The translations under genes were made by a program, and so were the position numbers. From NCBI GenBank assembly GCA_041751895.1, contig JBGSID010000048.1, forward strand, positions 68,403-132,402: 64,000 nt of DNA, in the 5' to 3' direction. This document shows, one piece after another, positions 1-10,091 of the stretch (position 1 is its first letter; every line of letters starts with the position of its first letter). Source of the DNA: Lysobacteraceae bacterium (lineage in GTDB: Bacteria; Pseudomonadota; Gammaproteobacteria; Xanthomonadales; Xanthomonadaceae). The notes under the pieces were generated by a model. That model had not been told where the DNA came from and did no database searches. It saw only the letters and a program-made list of their open reading frames with translations.

Positions 1-1347
1 CGTGCAAAAGTCCTGGCCGATGAGGCGCGACAGGAGGGCCAAGCCAAACTGGCGTCCTTGTCCGCTTCATTGACGGTGGCTGCACCGCCGCCGGCTGAAA
101 AAACGTTGTCAGAACAAACGGATGAAGCGTTCGCCCGGGCCGCGCAACCGGCGTATGACCTCTTGATTCCACCGCAGGAAACGCCGCTTCCACCGGAGAT
201 GGCAGATGCCTTCGCACGAGCGGAACAGTCCACTCCCACGCGAGCTGAAGAAACCGCGTTGGCAGATGGACGCGCCGCAATGATCGGACTGCCTGCGCTG
301 AAACGCGCTGCGCGTACCGCGGCGCCCACGCCGACGACACTGACTGAATCGCTTCCTGATGTCGTGGCACAAGCGCTCGGCGCACGCCTATTGACGATGC
401 ATCGTGCCGGCGAGTCTCTGGCAGGGCGCGATTTCGCTGGTGCAGACCTCCGAGGCGCCGACTTGCGCGGTGCCGATCTACGCCAGATACAGTTGGAGCG
501 TGCGGACCTGGGGGGCGCCTGCCTGGCAGGTGCGGATCTGAGCGGTGCGGCACTGACGGCAGCGCGGTTCGATGAGGCTGATCTATCGTGCGCACGGTTG
601 GATGGTGCAAATCTTTGCGGGAGTTCCGCACGCGCGGCTTCTTTCGCAAAGGCGACTCTCAAGCGTGCACATGCATTCGATGCGCGCTGGCCCGGCGCGG
701 ATCTGCGTGGCGCGCTGTTCGATGAAGCACTGCTGATGCGGATCGACCTGAGCGATGCGCAGCTGGACGATAGCCAGCTCAAACGCACAGTGCTCATGCA
801 TGCCAAGGCACCGCGGAGTCGTTGGGTTGGAACGCATTGGAATATGTGCGTCGCCCCGTCGGCCGATTTCTCGGGCGCTTGTTTCGACGGTGCCGTGCTC
901 GCTCGCAGCGTGTTGATGGATACAACGCTCGCAGACAGCTCTTGGCAGGGAGCGACGCTGGATACGGTCTATGCAGGAGGAAAATCCGACTGGCGGAACA
1001 GTCGGCTTTCGCTGATACGTGCGCGCAAGTGCGGATGGCGCGGCAGCATGCTGGCTGGCGCGGATATGACGCGTGCGGTCCTGACGAGCTGCGATTTCGG
1101 TGAGGCCGATCTGAGTCGTGCACAGATGCGTGGCGCACAGCTTTACCGGTCGCTGTTCATGCGCAGTAATCTGCGTAATGTCGACGCTGCAAATGCGAGC
1201 TTCTTCCAAGCGTTGTGTCGCAAAGCCGACTTCGGCGATGCCGCGCTGGGTGGCGCGATTCTCGTGCAGGCCGACATGGCTGAAGCGCAGATGCAGGGTG
1301 CGATGATGTCCGGTGCCCGCATCAGTCAACCGGCGAAGTTGTCATGA
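1..1347 (+). CDS. Pentapeptide-repeat protein of the T6SS locus (TagAB-like), 5'-truncated by the window edge
   Basis: Frame is open from base 1. Dense A(D/N)LxG pentapeptides (ADLRG ADLRG ADLRQ). Lies upstream of a second pentapeptide gene, DUF3540 and PAAR-like genes. Confidence 0.85.
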   Translation, partial: RAKVLADEARQEGQAKLASLSASLTVAAPPPAEKTLSEQTDEAFARAAQPAYDLLIPPQETPLPPEMADAFARAEQSTPTRAEETALADGRAAMIGLPALKRAARTAAPTPTTLTESLPDVVAQALGARLLTMHRAGESLAGRDFAGADLRGADLRGADLRQIQLERADLGGACLAGADLSGAALTAARFDEADLSCARLDGANLCGSSARAASFAKATLKRAHAFDARWPGADLRGALFDEALLMRIDLSDAQLDDSQLKRTVLMHAKAPRSRWVGTHWNMCVAPSADFSGACFDGAVLARSVLMDTTLADSSWQGATLDTVYAGGKSDWRNSRLSLIRARKCGWRGSMLAGADMTRAVLTSCDFGEADLSRAQMRGAQLYRSLFMRSNLRNVDAANASFFQALCRKADFGDAALGGAILVQADMAEAQMQGAMMSGARISQPAKLS

Positions 1348-2450
1348 GTGTGGCTGCAGTCAGCGCCGGCAATGTGACCTGGGAAGACGTCGCCCGGCGG
1401 TTGCGCCTGTCTCGCCCGATCAGCGGCATGTCGTTGCAATATCTGTCGCTACGCGACCGCGTACTTGCCGGCGGTGTGTTCGAGAAATGCATTCTGAGCG
1501 GTATGGACTTCAACGGTACGGATCTATCCAACTGCAGTTTCATCGAATGTGATCTCAGCGATGCCGATCTGCGCGCTGCGACGTTGGCCAATACCACTTT
1601 TGTACGCTGCAAGATGGCAGCCACACGGATGCCGCGGGGCGCGGCTACCCAGATGGTGCTTGTCGATTGCAATCTGCGTGGTTCGGACTGGGAAAACACG
1701 CATCTGGCACGCAGCGCTGCCAGCGGCTGCGATTTTACAGGGGCCGCCATGCGTCATGTGCGACTCGAGCGCAGCGTCCTGTGGCAGGCAACGCTTGGAG
1801 GTGCCGATATGCGCGATGCGGTATTCGATCAGGCGGCATTGTGCGGGACTGATCTGCGCCGCACGGCACTCGACGGACTGAAGGCCAATCTGAGCGCCTT
1901 GATGAAGAACGATATGCGCGGGCAAGCGCTTGCCGGCAGCAGCCTGACGAACTGTCAATTGCAGGAAAGTGATCTGCGTTATGCCGATCTGCGTGGTGCC
2001 GATCTCGGTGGGTCAGGCTGTATCCAGGTGAATTTCGAGAGTGCGAAGATCGACGGTCTTCGTGCCCAGCGCAGCATGTTCCTGTCTGCGCGATTCGGCC
2101 ATTGCACCCTGCATGATGCCGATCTGCGAGGAGCGATGTTCCATGCCGCCGTGATGGATGACGTGCGCTTCGATGCCTGTGCCATTCGTGGGAGTAGTTG
2201 GGAGAAGGCTCGCCTGCGCGATGTTCATTTTTCCGGTTGCGACCTGCGCGATGCGCGTTTCGATCATGCCAGCATCATCCGTGGTGGATTCCTGAGGGTG
2301 AAGCTGCAAGACAGCAGTTTCCACAACACAGAACAGATCGACGTACGCATGCGCCAAGTGCAGCGAAAAGGACTTCGTGGCACCAATACTGCACTGCTCG
2401 AATTCGAAGCACCCACTCTGGAACTGGAGGACATTCCTTGCGCACCTTGA
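1344..2450 (+). CDS. Pentapeptide-repeat protein (TagB-like)
   Basis: Pentapeptide repeats throughout (CDLSD ADLRA; SDLRY ADLRG ADLGG). ATGA overlap with the upstream gene. Confidence 0.88.
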   Translation: MSVAAVSAGNVTWEDVARRLRLSRPISGMSLQYLSLRDRVLAGGVFEKCILSGMDFNGTDLSNCSFIECDLSDADLRAATLANTTFVRCKMAATRMPRGAATQMVLVDCNLRGSDWENTHLARSAASGCDFTGAAMRHVRLERSVLWQATLGGADMRDAVFDQAALCGTDLRRTALDGLKANLSALMKNDMRGQALAGSSLTNCQLQESDLRYADLRGADLGGSGCIQVNFESAKIDGLRAQRSMFLSARFGHCTLHDADLRGAMFHAAVMDDVRFDACAIRGSSWEKARLRDVHFSGCDLRDARFDHASIIRGGFLRVKLQDSSFHNTEQIDVRMRQVQRKGLRGTNTALLEFEAPTLELEDIPCAP

Positions 2451-3010
2451 ATCCCACGGCTGCCGCAGCCGCTACACCTGTCGCCACGACTGCCCCGTCG
2501 ACCATGATGGTCGACACACGCGTTTCGGTGCTCTTCGATGATGGCAGTTGTCTGCTGGGTAACGGTGTACGCGCATGTCGCGCTGTCAGTTGCCTGATCG
2601 AGCTGCAGGTCGGCGACCGTGTGCTCGCCAACGTAAGTGGTGACGGTCTTTGTCACGTGCTGCACATCCTCATGCGTGGCGAGGGAGAAAGCGCGGGGCT
2701 GAGCGTGCCCGGTGCGCGCAGCGTCGCGCTGCGACAGGCGCGTATCGCGCTGCATGCCATCGAAACGCTCGACATGGGAAGCGCCGGTGAAGCCTCGTTG
2801 AGCGCAGCAGGGGGCACACTGTCATTGAATGGACGAAATCTGTTCTTGACGGTGAGCGAAAGCATCGTCGAACAGGCCAATCATTACGTCGGAAAATTCG
2901 GCCAGTACCTGCTCGATGTGCGTCAGCTGCTGCGCCTCCATGGCAACGATGCGCTGCTGACCGCCACGTCCGATATCAAGGTTGATGCTGAACGCATCAG
3001 CATGGGCTGA
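2438..3010 (+). CDS. DUF3540-family T6SS accessory protein (TagC-like)
   Basis: RAVSCLIELQVGDRVL motif and C-terminal VDAERISMG are typical of DUF3540. Start moved to TTG at 2438 because GGAGG lies at 2426-2430; the ORF-track start at 2198 overlaps the previous gene. Confidence 0.8.
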   Translation: MRTLNPTAAAAATPVATTAPSTMMVDTRVSVLFDDGSCLLGNGVRACRAVSCLIELQVGDRVLANVSGDGLCHVLHILMRGEGESAGLSVPGARSVALRQARIALHAIETLDMGSAGEASLSAAGGTLSLNGRNLFLTVSESIVEQANHYVGKFGQYLLDVRQLLRLHGNDALLTATSDIKVDAERISMG

Positions 3011-3013
3011 GCC

Positions 3014-3391
3014 ATGTTTGCGAACAACAATCTCGGTGTAATGAGTCTTGGCTTCCCGGATGTCTGTCTGGTCGCCATTGTGACCGTTCCGGAGGTGAAT
3101 ATCGATTTCTCGATCACCAATATTCCGACGGTTTTCAATGTGCTTTATGGCGGTGGTCTTGCCGAGAATCTCATCACCATCAGCACGTTGAGCACGGCAG
3201 ATGTCGGGGTTGGCGTGGTGTCCGGCATGTGCATGGGTCCCAAGCGTTCATTTCTCGGTAGTTTCAAGCTGCTTGTGGGAGGAATCTTCGCGTCGCGCCT
3301 GACGTCCATCAACGGGCAGAACGGCATTCTCCCCAATACGATTGGCATCTGCCTGACGCCTGCCCAATTCCGCGTGCTGGTGTTGTCATGA
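3014..3391 (+). CDS. DUF4150 PAAR-like spike-tip protein (TagD-like)
   Basis: MFAN..GFPDVC N-terminus, GVVSG..MG, RLTS..QN, C-terminal P.Q.RVLVLS. Confidence 0.82.
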   Translation: MFANNNLGVMSLGFPDVCLVAIVTVPEVNIDFSITNIPTVFNVLYGGGLAENLITISTLSTADVGVGVVSGMCMGPKRSFLGSFKLLVGGIFASRLTSINGQNGILPNTIGICLTPAQFRVLVLS

Positions 3392-3870
3392 GGACGAAGC
3401 GCTTCCTTCTACTGATGATGATCACACTGATGCTGCTGTGTGGATGCACCACCATCAAATCGGTCAAGAGCAAGATTGGATTGGGGGCGCCTCCACCGGC
3501 TCTGCGGAGTCTTGTCGTGTCCGCGGATCCTGGCGCCAATCAAGGGGCCGCGACCTATTTGGACATCGTCGTTACCTACAGTGCTGCTGCCAACGCCATG
3601 CTGCCCAAGACCGGGCCGGATTGGTTCCGCCAACGGGCAGCATTGAGGAAGGCGCTGGCGAAGGACATCGAGGTGGTCTCCCTGCAGGTGCCGACGCCGA
3701 GTGAATCCTTCGAAGTGGAACTTCCGAAGAAGACGAGAAAGAAAGGGCTGGCTGTCTACGCGTTCGCAAATTATGTGGCGCAGGAAGGTTGGCCAGTCAT
3801 CGCGCTGACACCCTACAAGAAAGTCGCACTCCAACTGCAGGCGAAGTCGATCGTGGTATCGGAACAATGA
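3388..3870 (+). CDS. tssJ: T6SS outer-membrane lipoprotein, TssJ-like
   Basis: Signal peptide with lipobox LCGC. AN(Q)GAAT.LDIV motif and FANY motif. Directly upstream of tssK. Confidence 0.7.
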   Translation: MRTKRFLLLMMITLMLLCGCTTIKSVKSKIGLGAPPPALRSLVVSADPGANQGAATYLDIVVTYSAAANAMLPKTGPDWFRQRAALRKALAKDIEVVSLQVPTPSESFEVELPKKTRKKGLAVYAFANYVAQEGWPVIALTPYKKVALQLQAKSIVVSEQ

Positions 3871-3880
3871 GGACTACAGC

Positions 3881-5308
3881 ATGATCAATACCGAATTTCT
3901 GCCTGATGCCGTCCAGTGGTCGGAGGGCATGCTGCTGTCGCCTCAGCATTTCCAGCAGAATGATATCCACGCCCAGGCCATGCTGCATCAACGGCTGGCA
4001 AGTCTGTCGCCATACGCATGGGGCGTGCGCAATCTGAAACTGGATGCGGCGCGGCTTGCCGACGGGGTCATCAAGATCACCGAATGCGATGCGGTGATGC
4101 CGGATGGCTTGCCGCTGGTGTTCCGTGCAGTGACGGCGGATCAGGGCCTGATGCTGAATGTGGAAGGGAAGTGCTCGATCAGCAGCCCGGCTGTTCGAGT
4201 CTTCCTGACCATCCCGCCTCGGGTCGGCGCACTGGATGTGCCAACCACATCGATTCGTCGCTACAAGAGTCTGCCCGGCAAGGAAACGCTGGACGAAGTC
4301 ACGGGCATCGGCGATGTCGTCGTTGAACGGCAAAGCGCGAGCATCGCACTGTTCGCCGAAGACGATGTGCCGTCAGGATATCCCGCATTGCCATTGCTTG
4401 AGGTCGTGCGCGATGCGCGCGGAGCAGTGACGCTGACGCACTACCATCCGCCGCTGTTCCGCATCAGTGCCTCCGGCTTTCTCAAGGCGCAAAGCCTCCA
4501 GCAACGATTCGTCGAGCTGCGCAACGATATGTGGGAAAAGCTGCGCGAGCTTGTCGGCACGAACGACGACGACGCGCCGGAATCCATCGCGATGATGGGG
4601 GCCGAGGCACGTATGCATCTGCGTATCGCAAGAGAGGTGGCCGCTTGTCTGCCGCTCATCGACACCATTCTTGTCGATCCGATGGCTTCACCTGCGCAGG
4701 CATGGTGGGTGATGGCTCAGATCGTCGGGCGCATGGCGGCGATCGGCGGCAATCCGCGGCCATTGTCGATGGACCCTTATCGACATGCCGATTGCATCGA
4801 GCAGTTTGAGGATGCGCTGGCATTCGTAAGTCGCAAGTTGGCACTGGTCAATACCGACTGGGACAGCCAAGGCTTCGTTCGCGTGAGCGATGGCATGTTC
4901 ACGCGGCGTCTTCCCGAGGACAGCACACAGCGGGTCTATCTCGAACTTCGCTCCAGCGAAGGACAGACGGTGGCTGAGATGCAGAAATGGTTGCGCGACG
5001 CGCGTATTGCCAGCGAAGACCTGTTGCCGATATTGCGCCAGCGGCGCATGCCCGGTGCATTGGTGGAAAAGCTTGGGCAGAGCGAACAGACAGATCTCGG
5101 GCTGCGCACCGACGCGTTGATCTTCATGGTCAGCAGCCAGAGTCTGGAGATGCCGCAGGGGCTTGTCGAGAGTTTCCGCCCGGGCCGCTCTCTGGTCGTG
5201 CAGGGCGACCCGGCTCTGGCACCGGCAGCGATCATTCTCCACCATCGCAGGCATGTGGCAGGAGCGGCAGCGGCTTCTGATCGAATGACGGAATCCCGTG
5301 ATGCCTGA
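3881..5308 (+). CDS. tssK: T6SS baseplate protein TssK
   Basis: N-terminal WSEGMLLSPQHFQQ, PYAWGV, MPDG, PY.H motifs. RBS GAGG upstream. Confidence 0.93.
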   Translation: MINTEFLPDAVQWSEGMLLSPQHFQQNDIHAQAMLHQRLASLSPYAWGVRNLKLDAARLADGVIKITECDAVMPDGLPLVFRAVTADQGLMLNVEGKCSISSPAVRVFLTIPPRVGALDVPTTSIRRYKSLPGKETLDEVTGIGDVVVERQSASIALFAEDDVPSGYPALPLLEVVRDARGAVTLTHYHPPLFRISASGFLKAQSLQQRFVELRNDMWEKLRELVGTNDDDAPESIAMMGAEARMHLRIAREVAACLPLIDTILVDPMASPAQAWWVMAQIVGRMAAIGGNPRPLSMDPYRHADCIEQFEDALAFVSRKLALVNTDWDSQGFVRVSDGMFTRRLPEDSTQRVYLELRSSEGQTVAEMQKWLRDARIASEDLLPILRQRRMPGALVEKLGQSEQTDLGLRTDALIFMVSSQSLEMPQGLVESFRPGRSLVVQGDPALAPAAIILHHRRHVAGAAAASDRMTESRDA

Positions 5309-6062
5309 ACGTATCGGCGCGCCCCTGTTCTTGCTGGCACGCTTCGCCGAGTTTTTCGAGGCGGTGGCGGGCATCAAGCTGGCGATCGCCGAAGGTCGCC
5401 TGGGAACGGTCTTGGTCGTGGGCGATGAGTTGCCGCCGACCGATCCTGGAGATCTGGCCGCGCGGGTCAGTGCCAGACTCGCGGGCGTGCTGCTCGCGCA
5501 GGCGAAAGAAGTCGCGCGCAAAGGCACGCCGCGTGAAATGGAAGCGCATGAAAAGGCGATGTACGTCATGGCGGCCTTGACCGATGAAGTCTTCATCCTC
5601 GAAATCCCGTGGGTGGGGCGCGACGCGTGGATGGATGTGTTGTTGGAGCAGAAGCTTTTCCATACCGGAAATGCCGGTATTTCATTCTTTGACGCGGCGA
5701 CGTCACTGTTGGATGCACCCGTGCACGATGCACTGGACGTCGACCTCGCGGCCGTGATGGTGATGGCGCTGCAACTGGGATTCAAAGGACGCTATCGCGG
5801 CGTGCAGAGCGATGGCGAATTGCGCGCGTTGCGCGACCGTCTGTTCCGTCTTGTCGAACGTGAGTATGGTTCGCGCGAGGCCGGCCCTTCGTTTCCGCAA
5901 GCCTTGCAGCAATTGCAGGCAGGAGGCACACCCGAACGTCTCGCACCACTGACACCCTGGTACACAGGTGGGGTCGTGGTGTTGCTGGTCTATCTGGTGA
6001 TCTCAAGCGTGGAATGGCTGTTGTTGATCGAGCCGTTCCGCCGTGCCGTGGGGAAAGGTTGA
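5298..6062 (+). CDS. tssL: T6SS membrane protein TssL (DotU family)
   Basis: YVMAALTDE, W...LLEQKLF...NAG..FF, LQLGFKGRY motifs and a C-terminal transmembrane helix. Confidence 0.93.
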   Translation: MMPERIGAPLFLLARFAEFFEAVAGIKLAIAEGRLGTVLVVGDELPPTDPGDLAARVSARLAGVLLAQAKEVARKGTPREMEAHEKAMYVMAALTDEVFILEIPWVGRDAWMDVLLEQKLFHTGNAGISFFDAATSLLDAPVHDALDVDLAAVMVMALQLGFKGRYRGVQSDGELRALRDRLFRLVEREYGSREAGPSFPQALQQLQAGGTPERLAPLTPWYTGGVVVLLVYLVISSVEWLLLIEPFRRAVGKG

Positions 6063-9000
6063 ATGGACATGAAGCCTGTCACGGACTGGTTGGCCCATAT
6101 CGATATCCTCAAGACGTCGTTGGCCGGCGGTGGCCTGCTTGCGGGGATCTTGGTTGCGACTGTCTTCGCCAGACGTATTCGTAAGCCCTCGATCGTCAGC
6201 CTCGCAGGTGCGGAGGCGGCACGCGGCATCTGCGCGCGCCTATGGGCTCGCGTGGTCCGCTTCCTGGACGCCATCGATTACCTCGCCACAAGACGTGAGT
6301 GGCGCTACAAGCAGCCATGGATGCTTGTCCTGGGCGAGCAGGGCGCAGGCAAGAGTAGCCTCATCGCGTCGATCTCGGCCACGTGGCGTTATCGCCCGCC
6401 TGCACATGCGGATCAATTGAAAGCGCATGGCATGCAATGGGCCTATTTCCGTCATGGTGTGCTGATCGATTCAGATGGAAAGCTAGCAGCGGCGGGCGAA
6501 GGTGACGAGGTAGCAGCCCAGTGGGCAAAAGGTCTCGACCAGCTCAACGCACTGCGGCCAGAACGACCTCTCGATGGCATCGTGTTGTGCGTTTCTGCAC
6601 GGACCTTGTGCGCAGCGAATCAGGCGCAGCGCATCGCACTTGCTGAAAACGTCAATCGCCAGATCAGCCAACTACAGGCGAGTGTCGAATTCATGCTGCC
6701 TGCCTATGTCGTCGTCACGCAGTGCGACGACATCCAGGGCTTTTCTTCGTTCTGGAAAAATCAGGGGATGGACCGGCGTGGGGACATGGTCGGTTACTCG
6801 GCGATCGCCCAGGATCAGACGCTGCCACCCTCGTCATGGGCGGAGACCGCTTTTGACCAGATCGGTGCACGCCTGCGCGAGGTCCAGGTCGATGTCGCTG
6901 CGCTCAGCGAAACGATCGTCGATGTCGACAATTTCTTCCTTTTCCCTAGCCACCTGCGCAATCTCAGAGAGCCGTTGTCGCATTGGCTCGAAACCGTGTT
7001 TCTCAGCACTGCCTGGCAGAGTGGCTATCTGTTCCGGGGCGTTTATTTCACCGGTTCGATCGACGCGGCTGGCACTAGCGCTGATGGTGTCCGTAGTGAC
7101 GTGAATTTCGTGGATGCATTGGTGTCTGAAAAGGCGCTTCGTGAACCTGCTCTGGCCAAGGTCACGCGCCAAGGCCGCTGGTCGCGCAATCGAGTGATTC
7201 GCCGCGTCCAGATTACGGCGATCGCTTGCGTGATCGGTATGTTTGCCGCACTTGGTGTTGCGGGCTATCGTGTTTCCAAGCAAGTGGATGCGATCGTCGA
7301 CAGTCTGGTTTCCCTCGACAAAGCCAAGACGATTGCTGTCGATGACAATAGTAATTGTCCAGCGCGTGACGATATCTATCCTTTGCTGGAGCAGGTGGCG
7401 AAAATCGATACGCGTTCGCGCTACGTGGCGATACCTCTTTCGTGGCTCGATGGGCGGTTGACGAATCGCAGTGCGAAGAAGATCGGTCAATCGACCGTGC
7501 AGCGCGTATTGCTGCCAACCCTCTCGTGTCTGCTGAAATCTCGCGCCGACGAACTCCTTGGAACAGCGTCAAACCCGCTTGCAGGCGACACACGGGAAAG
7601 CGACAGGCTCACGCTTTCCGAGCGCCTTGATGATTTCCGGACGCTGATTGCCGATATCCGCGCACTGGAAACGAACCTGAAACGATTCGAAGCCCTGACA
7701 GAAAACAGTGGGTCGTTGAACGAACACCAATTGATCGGAACCCTTGACGCGCTTTCTCAATATGCTTTCGGCGAGGCGCTTCCAAAAGGGGTGAAACGCA
7801 GCGGCGGCGTTCTGGATGATGCGATCCGGAACGTTCCCGCCGATGAGCAGAAGAAACTGCTTGTCGCCCTGCAGCAGCGATTGCCCAATGGCCTGCATCG
7901 TCGACTTGCCAGCGCGATCGAGGCGCGCAGTAAGCTCGTTCGCACGGCCATGCATGACGAAGTCGCGATGGGTAGCGATCTTCTGGAAAAGTTGAACGAT
8001 GGAGACTCGCCTGTCCTGGACAATACCCGTCACATGGGGGCGTGGCTGACTTGGGTCATGGGGTCGTGGTTGGGATCGTCGGATGGAACCAATCCCTGCA
8101 ACGACGTTGTCAACGCCAATGCAAGCGATATCAAAGCGTTGATCGGCATGGATGCTGGATTTTCTGGGCTGGAAAAAAACACGCTGAATCAATTCAACAA
8201 GGAGCAGTGCTATCGGCAGGAAATGAATGTGTTGAGGGAGATGACATTGGCGCCATACGGTCCGATGTTCGTTCCAGTTCCCGGCGACGGTGGGTTGAAA
8301 CTTGAGCCGAGACTGAAAAGCGAGCTCGCCGGAATGCCGGCCCTGGTCGTGCTGCCTTTCATGCAGTTGGTATCGACAGGGCCCTTCGAGTGCGTGGGTG
8401 GGGCGGCGAGCTGGCGTGCCAGTGAAATTGCCGAAGCTGCTGGCTATCTTGAGCAGTACAAGACCTTCGTCAAAGCACAGAAGGTGCCGCAGATGCCGGA
8501 TGGTGGGCAACCGCTGTACGACAGGCTGGCACGTCAGTCGGTGGCGCATGCGATCGACGATGCACTTCGACGGGCACAACAGGTGCCGAAGGATTCGCCA
8601 GAGGCACTCGAAGCGCCTGTACGCAATGACACCCATGTGGCCCAGATCGGTGGAGACTTGGCGCTCGGCCTTAAATCGTTGCAGGCCGTGCTCAATGCCT
8701 ACGCTGAATATGATCTGGCGGATGGCGGCGCCGAGGTACGCCAGTGCGCCCGGAATTTCGCGGCGGACAATCTTGGTGGCGTCGATGCGCTTGCGGAAAG
8801 CAGTCGACTGTACTCGCCACCTGTTGCGGTGGGACAGGATGCGATGTTCTCGCTGGGAAGCTTGCCGGTGACGAAGGATTTCCTCGCCCGCCAGGTGGCG
8901 CGCGCACAAGTGCTGGGTGGGTATGCCAACCCGTTCCTGTCTTTGCTGAGCGCGACGACCGGTGTCGACGATGCCTGGCGCGATACACCCCAGACGGCCG

Positions 9001-10091
9001 AGTTCTGGCGGAATACACAGCAAGAGATCGACAGTTACACCAAAGGGAAGGAACCGACAGGGCAGGTCGCCAATCTCGACGCTTTCTTCGTCGCGCAGTT
9101 GACCGGAATGACATACGCGAATTGCGCTTCGATCCTGTCGGCGTACCGTGCGCCGGAATACGGCAATGATCTGTTTTCGATCCGGAGACAGCGGCTTGAA
9201 CGTCAGGTCGAGTTGCGCTGTCACGACCAGCGACAGGCACAAGCCGAGGATGTCTACGACACGCTTGCCGCACGGTTCGATCGCGATCTTGCCGGCCGTT
9301 ATCCTTTCGGCGAGATCAGTGCGCGCGATGCCAATCCCGCAATGGTGCGTACCTTTTTCATCGATTATGCCGCCCAGCGGGAATCGATCGTTGCGGCATT
9401 GCATGACATGAACGATGCACGTTGGAGATCGGCAAGCCTGTTCGTTGCCCAACTCGACAAAGTCGCTGCGTTCTTCGCCAGCAATGTCGCCGCGCCTGAG
9501 CAGATGCAGATGGTGGGATTGATTTCGGATTTCCCTGCAGACGCCTCGAAATCGGTGGGCGCCGACCAGTTGGTGGATTGGCGCCTGACGGTAGAAGACA
9601 GGGCTTCCATCTTTCCGAATGGCCTCAAGGCACTGGAGTGGCTCCCGGGAGAGACCGTGGCTCTGAACCTTCAGTGGGCCGAACGTTCGCAGTGGCGCCC
9701 GGTCACCGATCCGACGCAGGCAGACCTGAGCGTCGAAGATGCCACCGCCCACTTCGACGCGAATGGACCATGGGCGCTGTTGCGTTTCATCGAGACCCAT
9801 CGAGTGCCGGGTGTCAGTGAGTCCGCACCGATCCTGCTCGGCTTCAACATTCCGGTACAGACCGTGACGGTCGCTGATGGTGGCAAACCGAAGCGCGATA
9901 AGGCCACGGTATTCGTGACATGGCGGCTGACCGGTGTGGACCCGAAGACACAAGCGGACAGCAGGATCTTGCTGCCGTTGGATTTCCCACGTCGCGCCGG
10001 TCGGTTGGACGGCAGGCCGCAGCTTCGCAACAGCAGGGATGGATCGCGTCCACGCGCGTTGGCGGACAGGACATTGGAGACAAGCAGATGA
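6063..10091 (+). CDS. tssM: T6SS membrane core protein TssM (IcmF family)
   Basis: PWMLVLGEQGAGKSS Walker A, RPLDGIVL, PAYVVVTQCD, FRGVYFT, LAGRYPF, GPWALLRF motifs. Two hydrophobic helices. 1342 aa. Confidence 0.93.
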   Translation: MDMKPVTDWLAHIDILKTSLAGGGLLAGILVATVFARRIRKPSIVSLAGAEAARGICARLWARVVRFLDAIDYLATRREWRYKQPWMLVLGEQGAGKSSLIASISATWRYRPPAHADQLKAHGMQWAYFRHGVLIDSDGKLAAAGEGDEVAAQWAKGLDQLNALRPERPLDGIVLCVSARTLCAANQAQRIALAENVNRQISQLQASVEFMLPAYVVVTQCDDIQGFSSFWKNQGMDRRGDMVGYSAIAQDQTLPPSSWAETAFDQIGARLREVQVDVAALSETIVDVDNFFLFPSHLRNLREPLSHWLETVFLSTAWQSGYLFRGVYFTGSIDAAGTSADGVRSDVNFVDALVSEKALREPALAKVTRQGRWSRNRVIRRVQITAIACVIGMFAALGVAGYRVSKQVDAIVDSLVSLDKAKTIAVDDNSNCPARDDIYPLLEQVAKIDTRSRYVAIPLSWLDGRLTNRSAKKIGQSTVQRVLLPTLSCLLKSRADELLGTASNPLAGDTRESDRLTLSERLDDFRTLIADIRALETNLKRFEALTENSGSLNEHQLIGTLDALSQYAFGEALPKGVKRSGGVLDDAIRNVPADEQKKLLVALQQRLPNGLHRRLASAIEARSKLVRTAMHDEVAMGSDLLEKLNDGDSPVLDNTRHMGAWLTWVMGSWLGSSDGTNPCNDVVNANASDIKALIGMDAGFSGLEKNTLNQFNKEQCYRQEMNVLREMTLAPYGPMFVPVPGDGGLKLEPRLKSELAGMPALVVLPFMQLVSTGPFECVGGAASWRASEIAEAAGYLEQYKTFVKAQKVPQMPDGGQPLYDRLARQSVAHAIDDALRRAQQVPKDSPEALEAPVRNDTHVAQIGGDLALGLKSLQAVLNAYAEYDLADGGAEVRQCARNFAADNLGGVDALAESSRLYSPPVAVGQDAMFSLGSLPVTKDFLARQVARAQVLGGYANPFLSLLSATTGVDDAWRDTPQTAEFWRNTQQEIDSYTKGKEPTGQVANLDAFFVAQLTGMTYANCASILSAYRAPEYGNDLFSIRRQRLERQVELRCHDQRQAQAEDVYDTLAARFDRDLAGRYPFGEISARDANPAMVRTFFIDYAAQRESIVAALHDMNDARWRSASLFVAQLDKVAAFFASNVAAPEQMQMVGLISDFPADASKSVGADQLVDWRLTVEDRASIFPNGLKALEWLPGETVALNLQWAERSQWRPVTDPTQADLSVEDATAHFDANGPWALLRFIETHRVPGVSESAPILLGFNIPVQTVTVADGGKPKRDKATVFVTWRLTGVDPKTQADSRILLPLDFPRRAGRLDGRPQLRNSRDGSRPRALADRTLETSR

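Noticed and set aside
1-2450. Qnr/MfpA-type quinolone resistance
   Set aside because: The proteins are longer than Qnr/MfpA and sit in a T6SS tag-gene context.
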